Source: an uncultured Chlamydiae bacterium | Lineage (GTDB): Bacteria > Chlamydiota > Chlamydiia > Chlamydiales > JAJFMB01 | NCBI GenBank assembly: GCA_963696295.1 | Contig: CAVOJR010000001.1 | Location: forward strand, 2,496,001-2,560,000 | Direction: 5' to 3' | DNA length: 64,000 bases | Shown here: positions 10,148-19,452 of the stretch, piece after piece | Numbering within the stretch: position 1 is the first letter of the stretch | How the letters are laid out: the number at the start of each line of letters is the position of its first letter | The notes under the pieces: generated by a model | What the model was told of the DNA's origin: nothing | Databases searched by the model: none | What the model saw: the letters and a program-made list of their open reading frames with translations, nothing else | Translations under genes and position numbers: made by a program

Positions 10148-10700
10148 TAATGCTCTCCATGGCTCTATCAATCTCTAATTCAAAAGCTTCAGAAATATCA
10201 TGAGTAATGCACCAACGTTTGGCCAGATCAAGCTCCTCTGCAGAGGGCTTCAAAGTGATGAGGTCGGCGAAATGTTTACTTTGGGGGCCATGATCTACAC
10301 TGGCATAGAGTTTAAAACAGATTTGGTCAAAGCGATCTGCCAGGTGAACAAGTAATCCTTTAAAGCGGCGAGTGTGCATTCGATCGGTAAAGCCTGAAGG
10401 TAAACCCAAATTTAGTAAAGAGGTTGGGCCGCAATTTAGCCAATCTTTTCCTAGTTGGAGGGCTATTCCAACTTCTTCAGCAGCTTGACGCAAGCCTTGA
10501 GGTAAGGGATCTGCGGTAATTAGTCGACCCTCTTTCACCATGGCAACAAGATCTAAATCTTTTGTTGTTCGCTCTATCTGTCTTAAAAGAAGTAAACTTC
10601 CTCCACCGATGGCTACAATTTCGAAAAACAGGTCCCGATCTGTAAGTAATTGACCGAGAACAGTTAAAGCTTCCTCTAAGCTTTCAGAAGATATTTCCAT
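10131..10700 (-). CDS. Nucleotidyltransferase, DUF6036/AbiEii-like
   Basis: IVAIGGGSLL...RTTKDLDLV (GG..DxD Pol-beta motif), WLN, ICFKLYAS, KHFADL. GGAAGGAAG RBS before ATG at 10700. Confidence 0.8.
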   Translation of the reverse strand: MEISSESLEEALTVLGQLLTDRDLFFEIVAIGGGSLLLLRQIERTTKDLDLVAMVKEGRLITADPLPQGLRQAAEEVGIALQLGKDWLNCGPTSLLNLGLPSGFTDRMHTRRFKGLLVHLADRFDQICFKLYASVDHGPQSKHFADLITLKPSAEELDLAKRWCITHDISEAFELEIDRAMESINAYIK

Positions 10701-10725
10701 TTTCACTTCCTTCCCTAGGTAATTT

Positions 10726-10767
10726 GAGATGTATAACATCACGATTCGAGATGTTAAACATCACGAT
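10726..10767. promoter_or_regulatory. Tandem palindromic operator-like sites upstream of the NTase gene
   Basis: GAGATGTATAACATCACGAT-TC-GAGATGTTAAACATCACGAT: two 20-mers at a 22-bp period, each containing GATGT-N3-ACATC. Confidence 0.65.
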
Positions 10768-10885
10768 ATTACATTTTGATTTATTTTGCAAATTGAGGAT
10801 TATAGGGTAATATGTGTTTTTTTGCTGGCGGGAAAAAAGCCCAAACGTTTACGTTGAAAATTCGCCACTCTAAACTTGCGATATT

Positions 10886-11491
10886 ATGTTAGGAATATTT
10901 TTAGACATTGAGGCCACTGGCCTTGACTTTACCAAACACAATGTGATCGATATTGCCTTCAAAATTATCGACCTCACATCCGGCGAGTTCAAGGACTCCT
11001 ATCAAAGCATCGTTAAGCAATCCCCGCAAGCCTGGAGCAGAAGGGATCCGGTCAGCATCAAAATAAACGGTTTCACCTGGGAGCAAATCTTGACCGGCAA
11101 GCCTCCCAAGGTGGTCGCCGACGAAATCATCGCTTTGCTGGATAAATGGCACATCGAACGGGGAAAAGCGGTCTTTATCTGCCAAAATCCCTCTTTCGAC
11201 CGGGGCTTTTTCACCCAGCTGATCGAACCCTACAGGCAGGAAAAACTCCACTGGCCCTACCATTGGCTCGATTTGGCCTCGATGTATTGGGCGATTTTGA
11301 CGAGAAGAAGCGTTGAAGAGAGAGTTCCCTTTCCCACCGAAATCATTTTGTCCAAAAATGAGATCGCCAAAATTTACAAGATCGCCCCTGAAAGAGAGCC
11401 GCACCGCGCGATGAACGGCGTCAACCATTTGATCGACTGCTACGAGGCTGTCCTTGGGGTTAACATAACCAAAGATGCCGTGATATCATGA
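10886..11491 (+). CDS. DEDDh 3'-5' exonuclease
   Basis: FLDIEATGLD, QNPSFDRGF, WLDLASM, HRAMNGV motifs. Confidence 0.88.
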   Translation: MLGIFLDIEATGLDFTKHNVIDIAFKIIDLTSGEFKDSYQSIVKQSPQAWSRRDPVSIKINGFTWEQILTGKPPKVVADEIIALLDKWHIERGKAVFICQNPSFDRGFFTQLIEPYRQEKLHWPYHWLDLASMYWAILTRRSVEERVPFPTEIILSKNEIAKIYKIAPEREPHRAMNGVNHLIDCYEAVLGVNITKDAVIS

Positions 11492-12498
11492 TCAAGCGCT
11501 ATTTGACTTTCGATGATGTGGCCCTGGTGCCCCAATTTAACAATATCCCTTCGCGCACCGAACCCAATTTGGAAACCTGGCTCACTAAAGATATAAAAAT
11601 CGGTATTCCGGTTTTAGCCTCCAATATGGACAGCGTGATCGGCGAGCCGCTGGCCGATATTTTGATCGAGAATAAGTCGATGCCCATCTTCCACCGCTTC
11701 ACCGATTTTGAAACGCAAGCGAAGTGGGTGAAAAAATACGGAGCTAATACTTTCATCTCCTGCGGCATTCACAGGGACAAAGTGGATATGACCCGTAAAT
11801 TGCTCGATTTGGGAGCGGCCGGCGTGTGCATCGATGTCGCGCACGGACACTCCGACAGGATGTTTCATCTGATCCAGGATTTGAAGAAAACCCATCCCGG
11901 TAAAGCGATCATCGCAGGCAATGTGTGCACGCCGATGGCCTACCACGATCTGGTCAACGCTGGCGCCGACGCGGTGAAAGTAGGCGTTGGCCCCGGAGCT
12001 GCCTGCACGACGCGCATTATGACGGGTTTTGGCGTGCCGCAATTTTCCGCGATCTTCGAGTGCGCGCAAACGGCAGAAAAACTCCGCATCCCTTTGATTG
12101 CCGACGGAGGCATTCGCAATGTGCGCGATCTGGTGCTCTGCCTGGCGGCGGGGGCAAGCTCGGTGATGATCGGCAAGCTCTTTGCCTTGACGAACGAAAG
12201 CGCGGCGCCGAAGCGGCAGAACGGGGAGAAGCTGGAAGCCAAATACCGCGGTCAGGCGAGCGAGGATTTTCAAACTGACTACTATGGGGCCCTGAAAGAA
12301 AAAACGGTGGCGGAAGGCGTCGACTTTTGGGCTCCCGTCCAATGCAGCGCAAAGCAGCTGATCGATAAGTTCCTCGGAGGATTGCGAAGCGGCATGACCT
12401 ATGGGGGCGCCCGCAACATCAAAGAGCTGCAAAGAAAAGCGGAATTTGTCGAGGTGACTTCGACGTATATGGCCGAGAGCCTGCCCAGGATGGGTTGA
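11488..12498 (+). CDS. IMPDH/GMP reductase family protein without CBS domains (probably GMP reductase)
   Basis: [29 protein letters not shown] catalytic Cys loop, [15 protein letters not shown]. Confidence 0.85.
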   Translation: MIKRYLTFDDVALVPQFNNIPSRTEPNLETWLTKDIKIGIPVLASNMDSVIGEPLADILIENKSMPIFHRFTDFETQAKWVKKYGANTFISCGIHRDKVDMTRKLLDLGAAGVCIDVAHGHSDRMFHLIQDLKKTHPGKAIIAGNVCTPMAYHDLVNAGADAVKVGVGPGAACTTRIMTGFGVPQFSAIFECAQTAEKLRIPLIADGGIRNVRDLVLCLAAGASSVMIGKLFALTNESAAPKRQNGEKLEAKYRGQASEDFQTDYYGALKEKTVAEGVDFWAPVQCSAKQLIDKFLGGLRSGMTYGGARNIKELQRKAEFVEVTSTYMAESLPRMG

Positions 12499-12503
12499 CT
12501 CTA

Positions 12504-13067
12504 TTAACCTTTGAGGATCAGCAAAAGCGAGGGTGATCTATGCCTGTTGATCCAGCGGTGATGGCTGCAGCGCCAAAGAAGGGGATCTAAATTTTCTGCC
12601 CAGGCGAGGATGTTTTCCTCCTCTTTTTGCCCCTCGTCGTGCCCCGGATAACAGGTGACGCTGATCATCCCGCCCGGTTTGAGGAGCGGGAGCGCCTGAT
12701 TCAAACTCTCGAGGGTGCTTGAGGTTTCAGTGGTGATGCTTTTGTCGCCCCCCGGCAGATAGCCGAGATTATAGACAATCAGTTTGATCGAGCAAGGCGC
12801 TATTTCGGATGGAAAGCTGGAGTGGCACCTTTGATAAAAGATGACGTTGTCCAGCTTATGCTCCTGAAGTTGTCTTTTTGCCTTAATGATGGCCTCGCTT
12901 TGCACATCAAACGCATGCACGGCATGGGCGAGCCTCGCTAACTGGACCGTGTCATGGCCGTTGCCGCAGGTCGCGTCAATCGCAAAATCCTCTTTCGTCA
13001 AAAGCGCGCTCCAGGTTTGGTGCGCCATTTCAAGGTGAGGTTTAAAAGAAAAATTGTTGCTATGCAT
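12504..13067 (-). CDS. SAM-dependent methyltransferase, YtqB/MnmM-like
   Basis: IDATCGNGHDT, FDVQ, YNLGYLPGGDKSITT, YPGHDEG. Confidence 0.85.
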   Translation of the reverse strand: MHSNNFSFKPHLEMAHQTWSALLTKEDFAIDATCGNGHDTVQLARLAHAVHAFDVQSEAIIKAKRQLQEHKLDNVIFYQRCHSSFPSEIAPCSIKLIVYNLGYLPGGDKSITTETSSTLESLNQALPLLKPGGMISVTCYPGHDEGQKEEENILAWAENLDPLLWRCSHHRWINRHRSPSLLLILKG

Positions 13068-13091
13068 TTTTTATTTTGAATTATACCACAC

Positions 13092-13601
13092 TTATTGATG
13101 CTTTTTGAAGCTGACGTTGAGGAAGAATTCGTTGCGGTAGCCAAGCGTGCTCGCAAAGATGTGGCTGATGTCGTTTTCGATCCGCTCTATGGTCATAAGT
13201 TGTTGTTCTTTAGCTACATAGGGTAAATCCACCGTGATGTGGATCTTATTGTCTTTAAGAATGAGGTTGAAGGGAATCTCTTCTTTAGGAAATTTTGCCT
13301 TCCAGTAGGTCGCGAGGCATTCCTGGATCAGGTTTTCATCCACGCTGACCGCATTGCTGCCTGAGCGGACATAGTAGTATTTTCTTTTAGAGGATAAGAT
13401 GACCTGCCCGATGAAGGAGCAGCCGATGATAAAAAAAGCAAAGCCGAAAAGAAAAATGGCCACAGTATTTTGAATGAGGAATTGAATGACGGCGGATTCG
13501 ATGACATTTATCCAAGGGATAAGCATACAGGCGATGCCGATGACGATAAAAAAGAGGGCGATGAAGAAAGTGATGAAGGAGTAAAAAAAATGGCGCATCA
13601 A
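13092..13601 (-). CDS. Membrane protein, AmaP-like anchor for Asp23
   Basis: Two N-terminal TM helices; overlaps the Asp23-family gene. Confidence 0.6.
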   Translation of the reverse strand: MMRHFFYSFITFFIALFFIVIGIACMLIPWINVIESAVIQFLIQNTVAIFLFGFAFFIIGCSFIGQVILSSKRKYYYVRSGSNAVSVDENLIQECLATYWKAKFPKEEIPFNLILKDNKIHITVDLPYVAKEQQLMTIERIENDISHIFASTLGYRNEFFLNVSFKKHQ

Positions 13602-14065
13602 AAGTGTCCGTTGAATTCTTCTTCGAATTTGGCTTCAGCGGGATTCTGTTCGATATTAATCAGCTTCTGGTGGATATCGCTATGGACAATGTTTTTGAAG
13701 ACCACATGAACGCGCGACACATGCAGGCCGGTCAGGCGGGTGATTTCGGCGTCGACCTTTTCCTGGATTTCCTGGGCCTTCTCCGGAATGGAAATGCCAA
13801 AGCAGACATTGATTTCAATTTTAATCGACACGGACTGGCTTTTGCTGTCCTGCTCGGCATAAATGCCCTTGATCCCTTCCAGGCTTTCGCGGCCCAGCAG
13901 GCTGTCGAGGAAATTCCCCTCGATTAAAGTGATCCCTTCGATATCTGCCAAAGTTTTCAGGACAATTCCCTGGAAGACCTGGTTTTCGATATCGCGGACG
14001 TAGACAGTTTCGGGAAATTCAAATTCTTTGGTGTCAACTTTTGCTTTTTTGTCCAACATCTTCAA
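13598..14065 (-). CDS. Asp23/Gls24 family envelope stress protein
   Basis: INVCFGISIPEKAQEIQEKV...LTGLHVSRVHVVF signature. Confidence 0.88.
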   Translation of the reverse strand: MKMLDKKAKVDTKEFEFPETVYVRDIENQVFQGIVLKTLADIEGITLIEGNFLDSLLGRESLEGIKGIYAEQDSKSQSVSIKIEINVCFGISIPEKAQEIQEKVDAEITRLTGLHVSRVHVVFKNIVHSDIHQKLINIEQNPAEAKFEEEFNGHF

Positions 14066-14160
14066 CCTCTCAATAAACCAAAGTTTAACAGGAAGAGAAT
14101 ATCCGTTCCATGAAAAAGGGGCATTGCCTGCAATTGAGGATTTGGATAGAATGAGCTCCT

Positions 14161-14574
14161 ATGAAAACAGAGATGAGTCTTTACCTCCAAATTATTACGG
14201 CGCTTTTTTGGGTGCTGATCGGCTGTTTCTGTTCCTATACGGCCAAGCAAAAGGGGAGGGATCATTTGATCTGGTTTTTTCTCGGCTTGTTTTTTGGTAT
14301 TTTTGGCTTGATTGTTCTTCTGATTCTGCCGTCTGTCAAGAAGGAGCCCCTTATTGAAACGCCAACTCCGGCTCCGGTGAACACGGTTAAAGATAAAATG
14401 TGGTTTTACCTCGATTCTGACAGAAATCAGTTCGGCCCCGTGACTTTTGAGGCTTTGGCTCAAGCCTGGAAAGAGGATTATATCAATGAATCGAGTTTTG
14501 TCTGGACGGATGGGATGGAGAATTGGGTGAAGATTAAAGATCACGCAGAGTTAAGTTCGGCTTTGGATATTTAG
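14161..14574 (+). CDS. Membrane protein with GYF_2 (DUF4339) domain
   Basis: Two TM helices, then WFYLD...QFGPV...L...VWTDGMENW. Confidence 0.85.
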   Translation: MKTEMSLYLQIITALFWVLIGCFCSYTAKQKGRDHLIWFFLGLFFGIFGLIVLLILPSVKKEPLIETPTPAPVNTVKDKMWFYLDSDRNQFGPVTFEALAQAWKEDYINESSFVWTDGMENWVKIKDHAELSSALDI

Positions 14575-15005
14575 TTGTCCGGTCACTAGAGTTAAATTTT
14601 TTTGGATATTTAGTCATCCGCTCCTCTAGAGTAAAATTCGCATTTGGATGTCTTCGTTCCTTCTGAGTTAAATTCCTTTGGATATCTAGTCGTCCGGTCA
14701 CTAGTGTTAAATTTTTTTGGATATTTAGTCATCCGGTCACTAGAGTAAAATTCCTTTGGATATAGTCATCCGGTCACTAGAGTAAAATTCCTTTGGATAT
14801 TTAGTCGTCCGGTCACTAGTGTTAAATTTTTTTGGATATTTAGTCATCCGGTCACTAGAGTAAAATTCCTTTGGATATAGTCATCCGGTCACTAGAGTAA
14901 AATTCCTTTGGATATTTAGTCGTCCGGTCCTCTAAAGTTAAATTCCTTTGGATATTTAGTCGTCCGGCAGGTCCTCCAAAGTTAAATTCGGCTTTGGACA
15001 TTTAG
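14547..15005. repeat. Tandem repeat array, about 12 copies of a ~39-bp unit
   Basis: Consensus AGAGT(A/T)AAATTCCTTTGGATATTTAGTC(A/G)TCCGGTCACT. TTGGA cores at about 14563, 14602, 14644, 14678, 14717, 14756, 14793, 14832, 14871, 14908, 14948 and 14994. Confidence 0.95.
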
Positions 15006-15107
15006 CGGTCCTCGCGAATAATATCTCTATTTTCGAAAAACCTTGCCAAGGCAGTAAGAGTTTTAGCGACTATTTATTTCGATGAATCAAATGTGATTGG
15101 GGAGAAT

Positions 15108-15155
15108 AAAAAATGTGGCCTTCCCGTAGAGGGGGGGGGATTGGGAAGGTCCACA
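15108..15155 (-). terminator. Putative intrinsic terminator of rpmJ-rpsN
   Basis: TGTGGCCTTCCC...GGGAAGGTCCACA stem, followed on the minus strand by a T-run; immediately after the rpsN stop. Confidence 0.65.
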
Positions 15156-15161
15156 AAAGGT

Positions 15162-15467
15162 TTACCAACTAGCTTTAGTAATGCCTGGTATCATACCATG
15201 TCCAGCCATTTCACGGAAGCATAATCTTGAAATTTTGAATTTTCTTAAGAATGCGCGGGATCTGCCGGTGAGTTGGCAGCGATTGCGCAAACGAACAGGC
15301 GAGGAGTTAGGCGACATTTTATTGAGTTGAAGGCGCGCATCTTGGCGTTCTTCTTCAGTCGCATTGATATCGGCTGCTCTCTTTTTGAGATCCTGCCGCT
15401 TGTCCCACTTTAGTTTTACAAGGCGTTCGCGCTTTTTTTGTTTTTCTACTGATGACTTTTTTGCCAT
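15162..15467 (-). CDS. rpsN: 30S ribosomal protein S14
   Basis: MAKKS..., [33 protein letters not shown]...GITKASW. Confidence 0.98.
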   Translation of the reverse strand: MAKKSSVEKQKKRERLVKLKWDKRQDLKKRAADINATEEERQDARLQLNKMSPNSSPVRLRNRCQLTGRSRAFLRKFKISRLCFREMAGHGMIPGITKASW

Positions 15468-15479
15468 ATTCCAGCCTTA

Positions 15480-15629
15480 TTAAATAGTTATTGCTTTTTT
15501 ACGGGCAGGCCCTTTTTGTCTTTGTTTGCGGTTTGGGTCTTTTTTGTTGATGACATAAAGACGGCCGCAGCGTCTCACAAGAATATCACCTTTTGACGGG
15601 TCTGCTTTGACGGATGCTCTGACTCTCAT
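15480..15629 (-). CDS. rpmJ: 50S ribosomal protein L36 (chlamydial type)
   Basis: Below the ORF-track cutoff. Manual translation: [49 protein letters not shown]. Confidence 0.95.
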   Translation of the reverse strand: MRVRASVKADPSKGDILVRRCGRLYVINKKDPNRKQRQKGPARKKAITI

Positions 15630-15717
15630 GTTTCGTTCCCTTTGTGTTTATGTGGCACCCTTTATAATTTAAAAAGCCAATATATTTCAAGCATTTTTCT
15701 GAGGAATAGCTTTTTTT

Positions 15718-15969
15718 TTGCAAAATGAGGGGGCAGTCGCCTCTGTCCAACTGATTTGTGCTTCCTCAATAAAGCGCTTGCAAAATGAGGGGGCAGTCGC
15801 CTCTGTCCATCTGATTTGTACTTCCTCAATAAAGCGCTTGCAAAATGAGGGGGGCAGTCGCCTCTGTCCATCTGATTTGTGCTTCCTCAATAAAGCGCTT
15901 GCAAAAAGAGGTGGGACAGTCGCCTCTGTCCATCTGATTTGTACTTCCTCAATAAAGCGCTTGCAAAAT
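15718..15969. repeat. Tandem repeat, 4 copies of a 60-62-bp unit plus a partial fifth
   Basis: TTGCAAAATGAGGGGGCAGTCGCCTCTGTCCATCTGATTTGT(G/A)CTTCCTCAATAAAGCGC at 15718, 15778, 15838, 15899; partial at 15961. Confidence 0.96.
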
Positions 15970-15989
15970 TTTAAGGGCTTGCGTATGAT
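15961..15989 (+). promoter_or_regulatory. Sigma66/70-type promoter for rpmH-rnpA
   Basis: TTGCAA-N17-TATGAT, 35 nt upstream of the rpmH start. Confidence 0.6.
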
Positions 15990-16023
15990 TTAGGCATTTA
16001 AAAAGACAACAAGGATCATTCCC

Positions 16024-16161
16024 GTGAAACGAACATTTCAACCCAGCAAAAAATCACGTAAGACAACACACGGATTCCGTGAACGCATGTCTACCGCCAG
16101 CGGACGCAAAATCATCAATAGAAGACGTACTAGAGGCCGTAAGGAACTCGTGCGCGCTTAA
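16024..16161 (+). CDS. rpmH: 50S ribosomal protein L34
   Basis: Manual translation from [48 protein letters not shown]. Confidence 0.96.
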   Translation: MKRTFQPSKKSRKTTHGFRERMSTASGRKIINRRRTRGRKELVRA

Positions 16162-16177
16162 CTGTGGTCAACTGTCT

Positions 16178-16567
16178 GTGGTCACTCATAAAAACAAGTT
16201 AACAACTAAAGATCAGTTTCGCTCGATCTTGCGCAATTCGACGCGATTTGTCGGGAAATATATCATTATCGATGCCCGAGTCAATAAGATTGTTGACACA
16301 CGTTTGGGGATGACCGTAGTGCGCCGCTTTGGCAAAGCCCATGATCGAAACCGGATAAAAAGGCAGATCCGGGAAGCTTTCCGGTTGAGCTATTCCTCTC
16401 TTTGCGAAGGACTCGATATGAATATCCGGCCAAGGCCCTTCGCCCGCTTTGCCAAAACTCAAAATATCATGGATGATTTGATCCAGTTAGTTGGAAGAGG
16501 AAGCCATGTTAAAAGATCATTTGAACAGCCTCAATCCCGAGCAGCTCCAGGCAGTCAGGACAGTTAA
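16178..16567 (+). CDS. rnpA: Ribonuclease P protein component
   Basis: RLGMTVVRRFGKAHDRNRIKRQIREAFR (RNR motif); follows rpmH. Start approximate. Confidence 0.92.
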   Translation: MVTHKNKLTTKDQFRSILRNSTRFVGKYIIIDARVNKIVDTRLGMTVVRRFGKAHDRNRIKRQIREAFRLSYSSLCEGLDMNIRPRPFARFAKTQNIMDDLIQLVGRGSHVKRSFEQPQSRAAPGSQDS

Positions 16568-18467
16568 TGGCCGCGTGCTGATTTTAGCCGGCGCCGGCAG
16601 CGGCAAAACGAAAGTGCTCACCCTGCGCATGGCCTATCTCATCGAACAAATAGGGGTTGATCCCGCCTCCATCCTAGGCCTTACATTCACCAACAAAGCC
16701 GCCCAAGAGATGAGGGAGCGGATCTCCACTATCATTCCGCCGGCCAAAGCCAGGCAAATCACCCTCTGCACCTTCCACAGTTTTTGCATGCTTATCTTGA
16801 GGAAAGAGATTCATCATCTCGGCTATACGCCCCAGTTTAGCCTCTACGATGAAGGGGATATCAAACGCCTGGTGAGCTCCATCGCTAAAGACCTGCTGGA
16901 GCATGAAGGGCAGATTCCCTCTTTGGCCTCTGTGATTAGCAAAGTTTCATTGGCCAAGAATGATGGCTTGGAGGCTGAAGAGCTGTCCGGCTTTGAATCC
17001 AGCTGGCATGAACAGTTCGTGAAAGATATCTATACTCGTCTAAAAGATAGTCTGAGAGCCTACAACGCCGTGGATTTCGACAGTCTGTTGACTTTAACGG
17101 TCGACCTGTTTGAGAAGTTTCCCGAAATTCTGCAGAAATACCAGGACCGGTTCACCTTCCTGATGATCGATGAATACCAGGACACAAACGCCATCCAGTA
17201 CCGGCTGGCCGAACTCTTATCAAAAAAAAATGATAATTTATGCGTGGTAGGGGATGACGACCAGTCGATTTATGGCTGGCGCGGGGCTAATATAAAAAAT
17301 ATTTTGGAGTTTGAGCGCGCCGCGGTGATCAAGTTAGAGCAAAACTACCGCTCGACAAACACTATTTTACAGGCAGCCAACCAGGTTATCAGCAATAATC
17401 AGGACCGCCACAAAAAGAATTTGTGGAGTCAATGCGGCTCCGGCGAGCCGATCGAAGTTTTCCACGCCCCCCAGGAGCATCAGGAAGCTGAAGCCGTCGC
17501 GGCCCGCATTGCGCGCTACCGGGAGAAATGGGGCTTGAACTGGAAAGATTTTGCGATCCTCTATCGTTCCAACGCCCTTTCCCGTTCATTTGAGCTCGCC
17601 TTAATGAAGCACACCTGGAAAAAAGGGGATAAATGGGTGATCGGCATCCCCTACCATGTCTTCGGGGGGACCGAATTTTACGAGAGGCGGGAAGTAAAGG
17701 ATCTTTTTGCCTATTTGCGCGTCATTGCCAACCCCTTAGATCAGGAAGCCCTTTTGCGCATCGTCAACCAGCCGCGCAGGGGGATCGGAGATCAGGCTTT
17801 GGATGCTTTAACCGCCCATAACCGCAAAGAAAACATCCCCTTGTGGAATGTCTTTAAAAATCATCCTGAGATTAATTCACGGGCAGAAGCCGGCGTGTCC
17901 TCTTTTGTCCAACTCATCACGAGAGCTCAGGAGTATTTTGCCGGCCACACCCTGCATGACTCCGTTAATTGGCTTATAAAGGAAATTAACTATAAAAAAG
18001 CGATTGAGGATGAAGTAAAAAGCCCGAAAATGAGGGAGTTCAAATGGGAAAATGTGCAGGAATTTGCCTCTTCGCTTGCCGATTTTGAGGGGAAGGATTT
18101 GCAGGAGTTCATCACTTCGCTCCCCTTAGAAAACGACTGGGCGATAAAGGCTAATGCCAAAAAAAAATGTGACGACGCGGTTAATTTATTGACCTTCCAC
18201 AGCAGCAAGGGGTTGGAGTTTCCGGTCTGCTTTCTGGTGGGGATGGAGGACCATATCATGCCGCATGAAAAAAGCGTGAGCGAGGGGGGCATTACCGAAG
18301 AGCGGCGTCTCATGTACGTGGCGATTACCCGCGCCAAGCGCCATTTGGCGATCAGCATGGCGATGCAGCGCAAAAAAATGGGTAAAGAATTTAGCTGCCG
18401 TCCCTCCCGGTTTCTCTTTGAGATTCCAAAAGAGCTGCTGCGGCCTGTCAGGTGGGATCAATTTTAA
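16506..18467 (+). CDS. UvrD/Rep/PcrA family ATP-dependent DNA helicase
   Basis: LNPEQ, AGAGSGKT, TFTNKAA, IDEYQDTN, VGDDDQSIY, LEQNYRST, HSSKGLEF, EERRLMYVAITRA. Confidence 0.96.
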   Translation: MLKDHLNSLNPEQLQAVRTVNGRVLILAGAGSGKTKVLTLRMAYLIEQIGVDPASILGLTFTNKAAQEMRERISTIIPPAKARQITLCTFHSFCMLILRKEIHHLGYTPQFSLYDEGDIKRLVSSIAKDLLEHEGQIPSLASVISKVSLAKNDGLEAEELSGFESSWHEQFVKDIYTRLKDSLRAYNAVDFDSLLTLTVDLFEKFPEILQKYQDRFTFLMIDEYQDTNAIQYRLAELLSKKNDNLCVVGDDDQSIYGWRGANIKNILEFERAAVIKLEQNYRSTNTILQAANQVISNNQDRHKKNLWSQCGSGEPIEVFHAPQEHQEAEAVAARIARYREKWGLNWKDFAILYRSNALSRSFELALMKHTWKKGDKWVIGIPYHVFGGTEFYERREVKDLFAYLRVIANPLDQEALLRIVNQPRRGIGDQALDALTAHNRKENIPLWNVFKNHPEINSRAEAGVSSFVQLITRAQEYFAGHTLHDSVNWLIKEINYKKAIEDEVKSPKMREFKWENVQEFASSLADFEGKDLQEFITSLPLENDWAIKANAKKKCDDAVNLLTFHSSKGLEFPVCFLVGMEDHIMPHEKSVSEGGITEERRLMYVAITRAKRHLAISMAMQRKKMGKEFSCRPSRFLFEIPKELLRPVRWDQF

Positions 18468-19411
18468 TTAATTTGGGAGTTAATTTCGCTGATCGCTTCA
18501 GCGATATCGGCTCGATGGGCCTCAGGCGCCGCTTCATACGATTGCCTGGCGTATTTCAGGGCTTCGGAATATTTGCTTTTGTCGAGGAGCATTTGGGAAA
18601 TGATGATACTGACCTTCCAATAATTTTCTTTATCGCTCTGACCGAATTTTTCAATATAGGCGACGAGAGGATCAATGGTCGATTCTGCCTCAAAATCGAT
18701 CAGCGCCAGGTGGTAATGGGTCTGATGTTTGTTGTAAGGATCATTTTCCAAAAGCTGCTGCCGGAGGGCAACAGCTTCTTTCGTGTCCAGTTTGTCCTCA
18801 GCGGCAAGCCGGCGAAGATGCTCGATCTTAAAAAAGGAAGACTCATCCGATTGCATCCCTTTCTCGATAATCGCAGCAATATCTTCTGTACGCTGGTAGT
18901 CATTGGCTTTCTCGTAGAGTGATTTGAGTTCCGCGCCTGAGGCCTTTTTCTGCTCCAGCGTTCCCATTTTTTCTTTATAGCCGGAATAATCCTGCACCAT
19001 CTTTAAGAGGTGATTGGCATACTCTTTTCCGCCCCCTGAACGATAGCCTGTGATGCCGATTTGCTGCTGGTCGGGATCAAGAAGAATCAGAGTCGGAAAT
19101 CCCCTGACGTTAAAGCGCTTTTGCAATTGCTTGTTTTGTTCCGAGTCTTCCCCTTTCGACCCTTTGGAAAAATTGAGCATAACAAAAATAAATTTATCTC
19201 CCGCGATTTGGGCAAACTCGGGTGTCGCGAGCGCTTCGCTGTCGAGTTTTTTACACCATGTGCACCATTCGGATCCGGTAAAATAGAGCAAAAGGGGCAT
19301 TTGCTTGGCTTTTGCCTCTTTAACCGCTTGATCGTAATTGGTCATCCAATTGATTCCATCGGATGTCGCTGCTATCGCAAGAAATATAAAACAGAGAAAA
19401 ATTTGTTTCAT
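18464..19411 (-). CDS. Exported thioredoxin-fold protein (DsbH-like) with helical/TPR C-terminus
   Basis: Signal peptide, FTGSEWCTWC (CxxC), VRGFPTLILLD. Confidence 0.85.
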   Translation of the reverse strand: MKQIFLCFIFLAIAATSDGINWMTNYDQAVKEAKAKQMPLLLYFTGSEWCTWCKKLDSEALATPEFAQIAGDKFIFVMLNFSKGSKGEDSEQNKQLQKRFNVRGFPTLILLDPDQQQIGITGYRSGGGKEYANHLLKMVQDYSGYKEKMGTLEQKKASGAELKSLYEKANDYQRTEDIAAIIEKGMQSDESSFFKIEHLRRLAAEDKLDTKEAVALRQQLLENDPYNKHQTHYHLALIDFEAESTIDPLVAYIEKFGQSDKENYWKVSIIISQMLLDKSKYSEALKYARQSYEAAPEAHRADIAEAISEINSQIN

Positions 19412-19452
19412 TGTTACCTAAGCTAGTAAATTTAATCCATTTTTGAGATAAT

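Noticed and set aside
11614..12432. Long antisense ORFs (also 3761-4489, 5847-6479, 46661-47365)
   Set aside because: Shadow frames opposite well-supported genes, with no recognisable motifs.
14547..15005. CRISPR array
   Set aside because: Units are contiguous near-identical copies with no unique spacers, and no cas genes are in the window.
15718..15969. CRISPR array, or coding ORFs 15662-15871, 15687-15890 and 15718-15993
   Set aside because: No variable spacers. The ORFs are by-products of a 60-bp period, and unit lengths of 61 and 62 bp shift the frame.
15630..16024. oriC next to rpmH-rnpA
   Set aside because: No dnaA gene here and no TTATCCACA-type DnaA box cluster seen.
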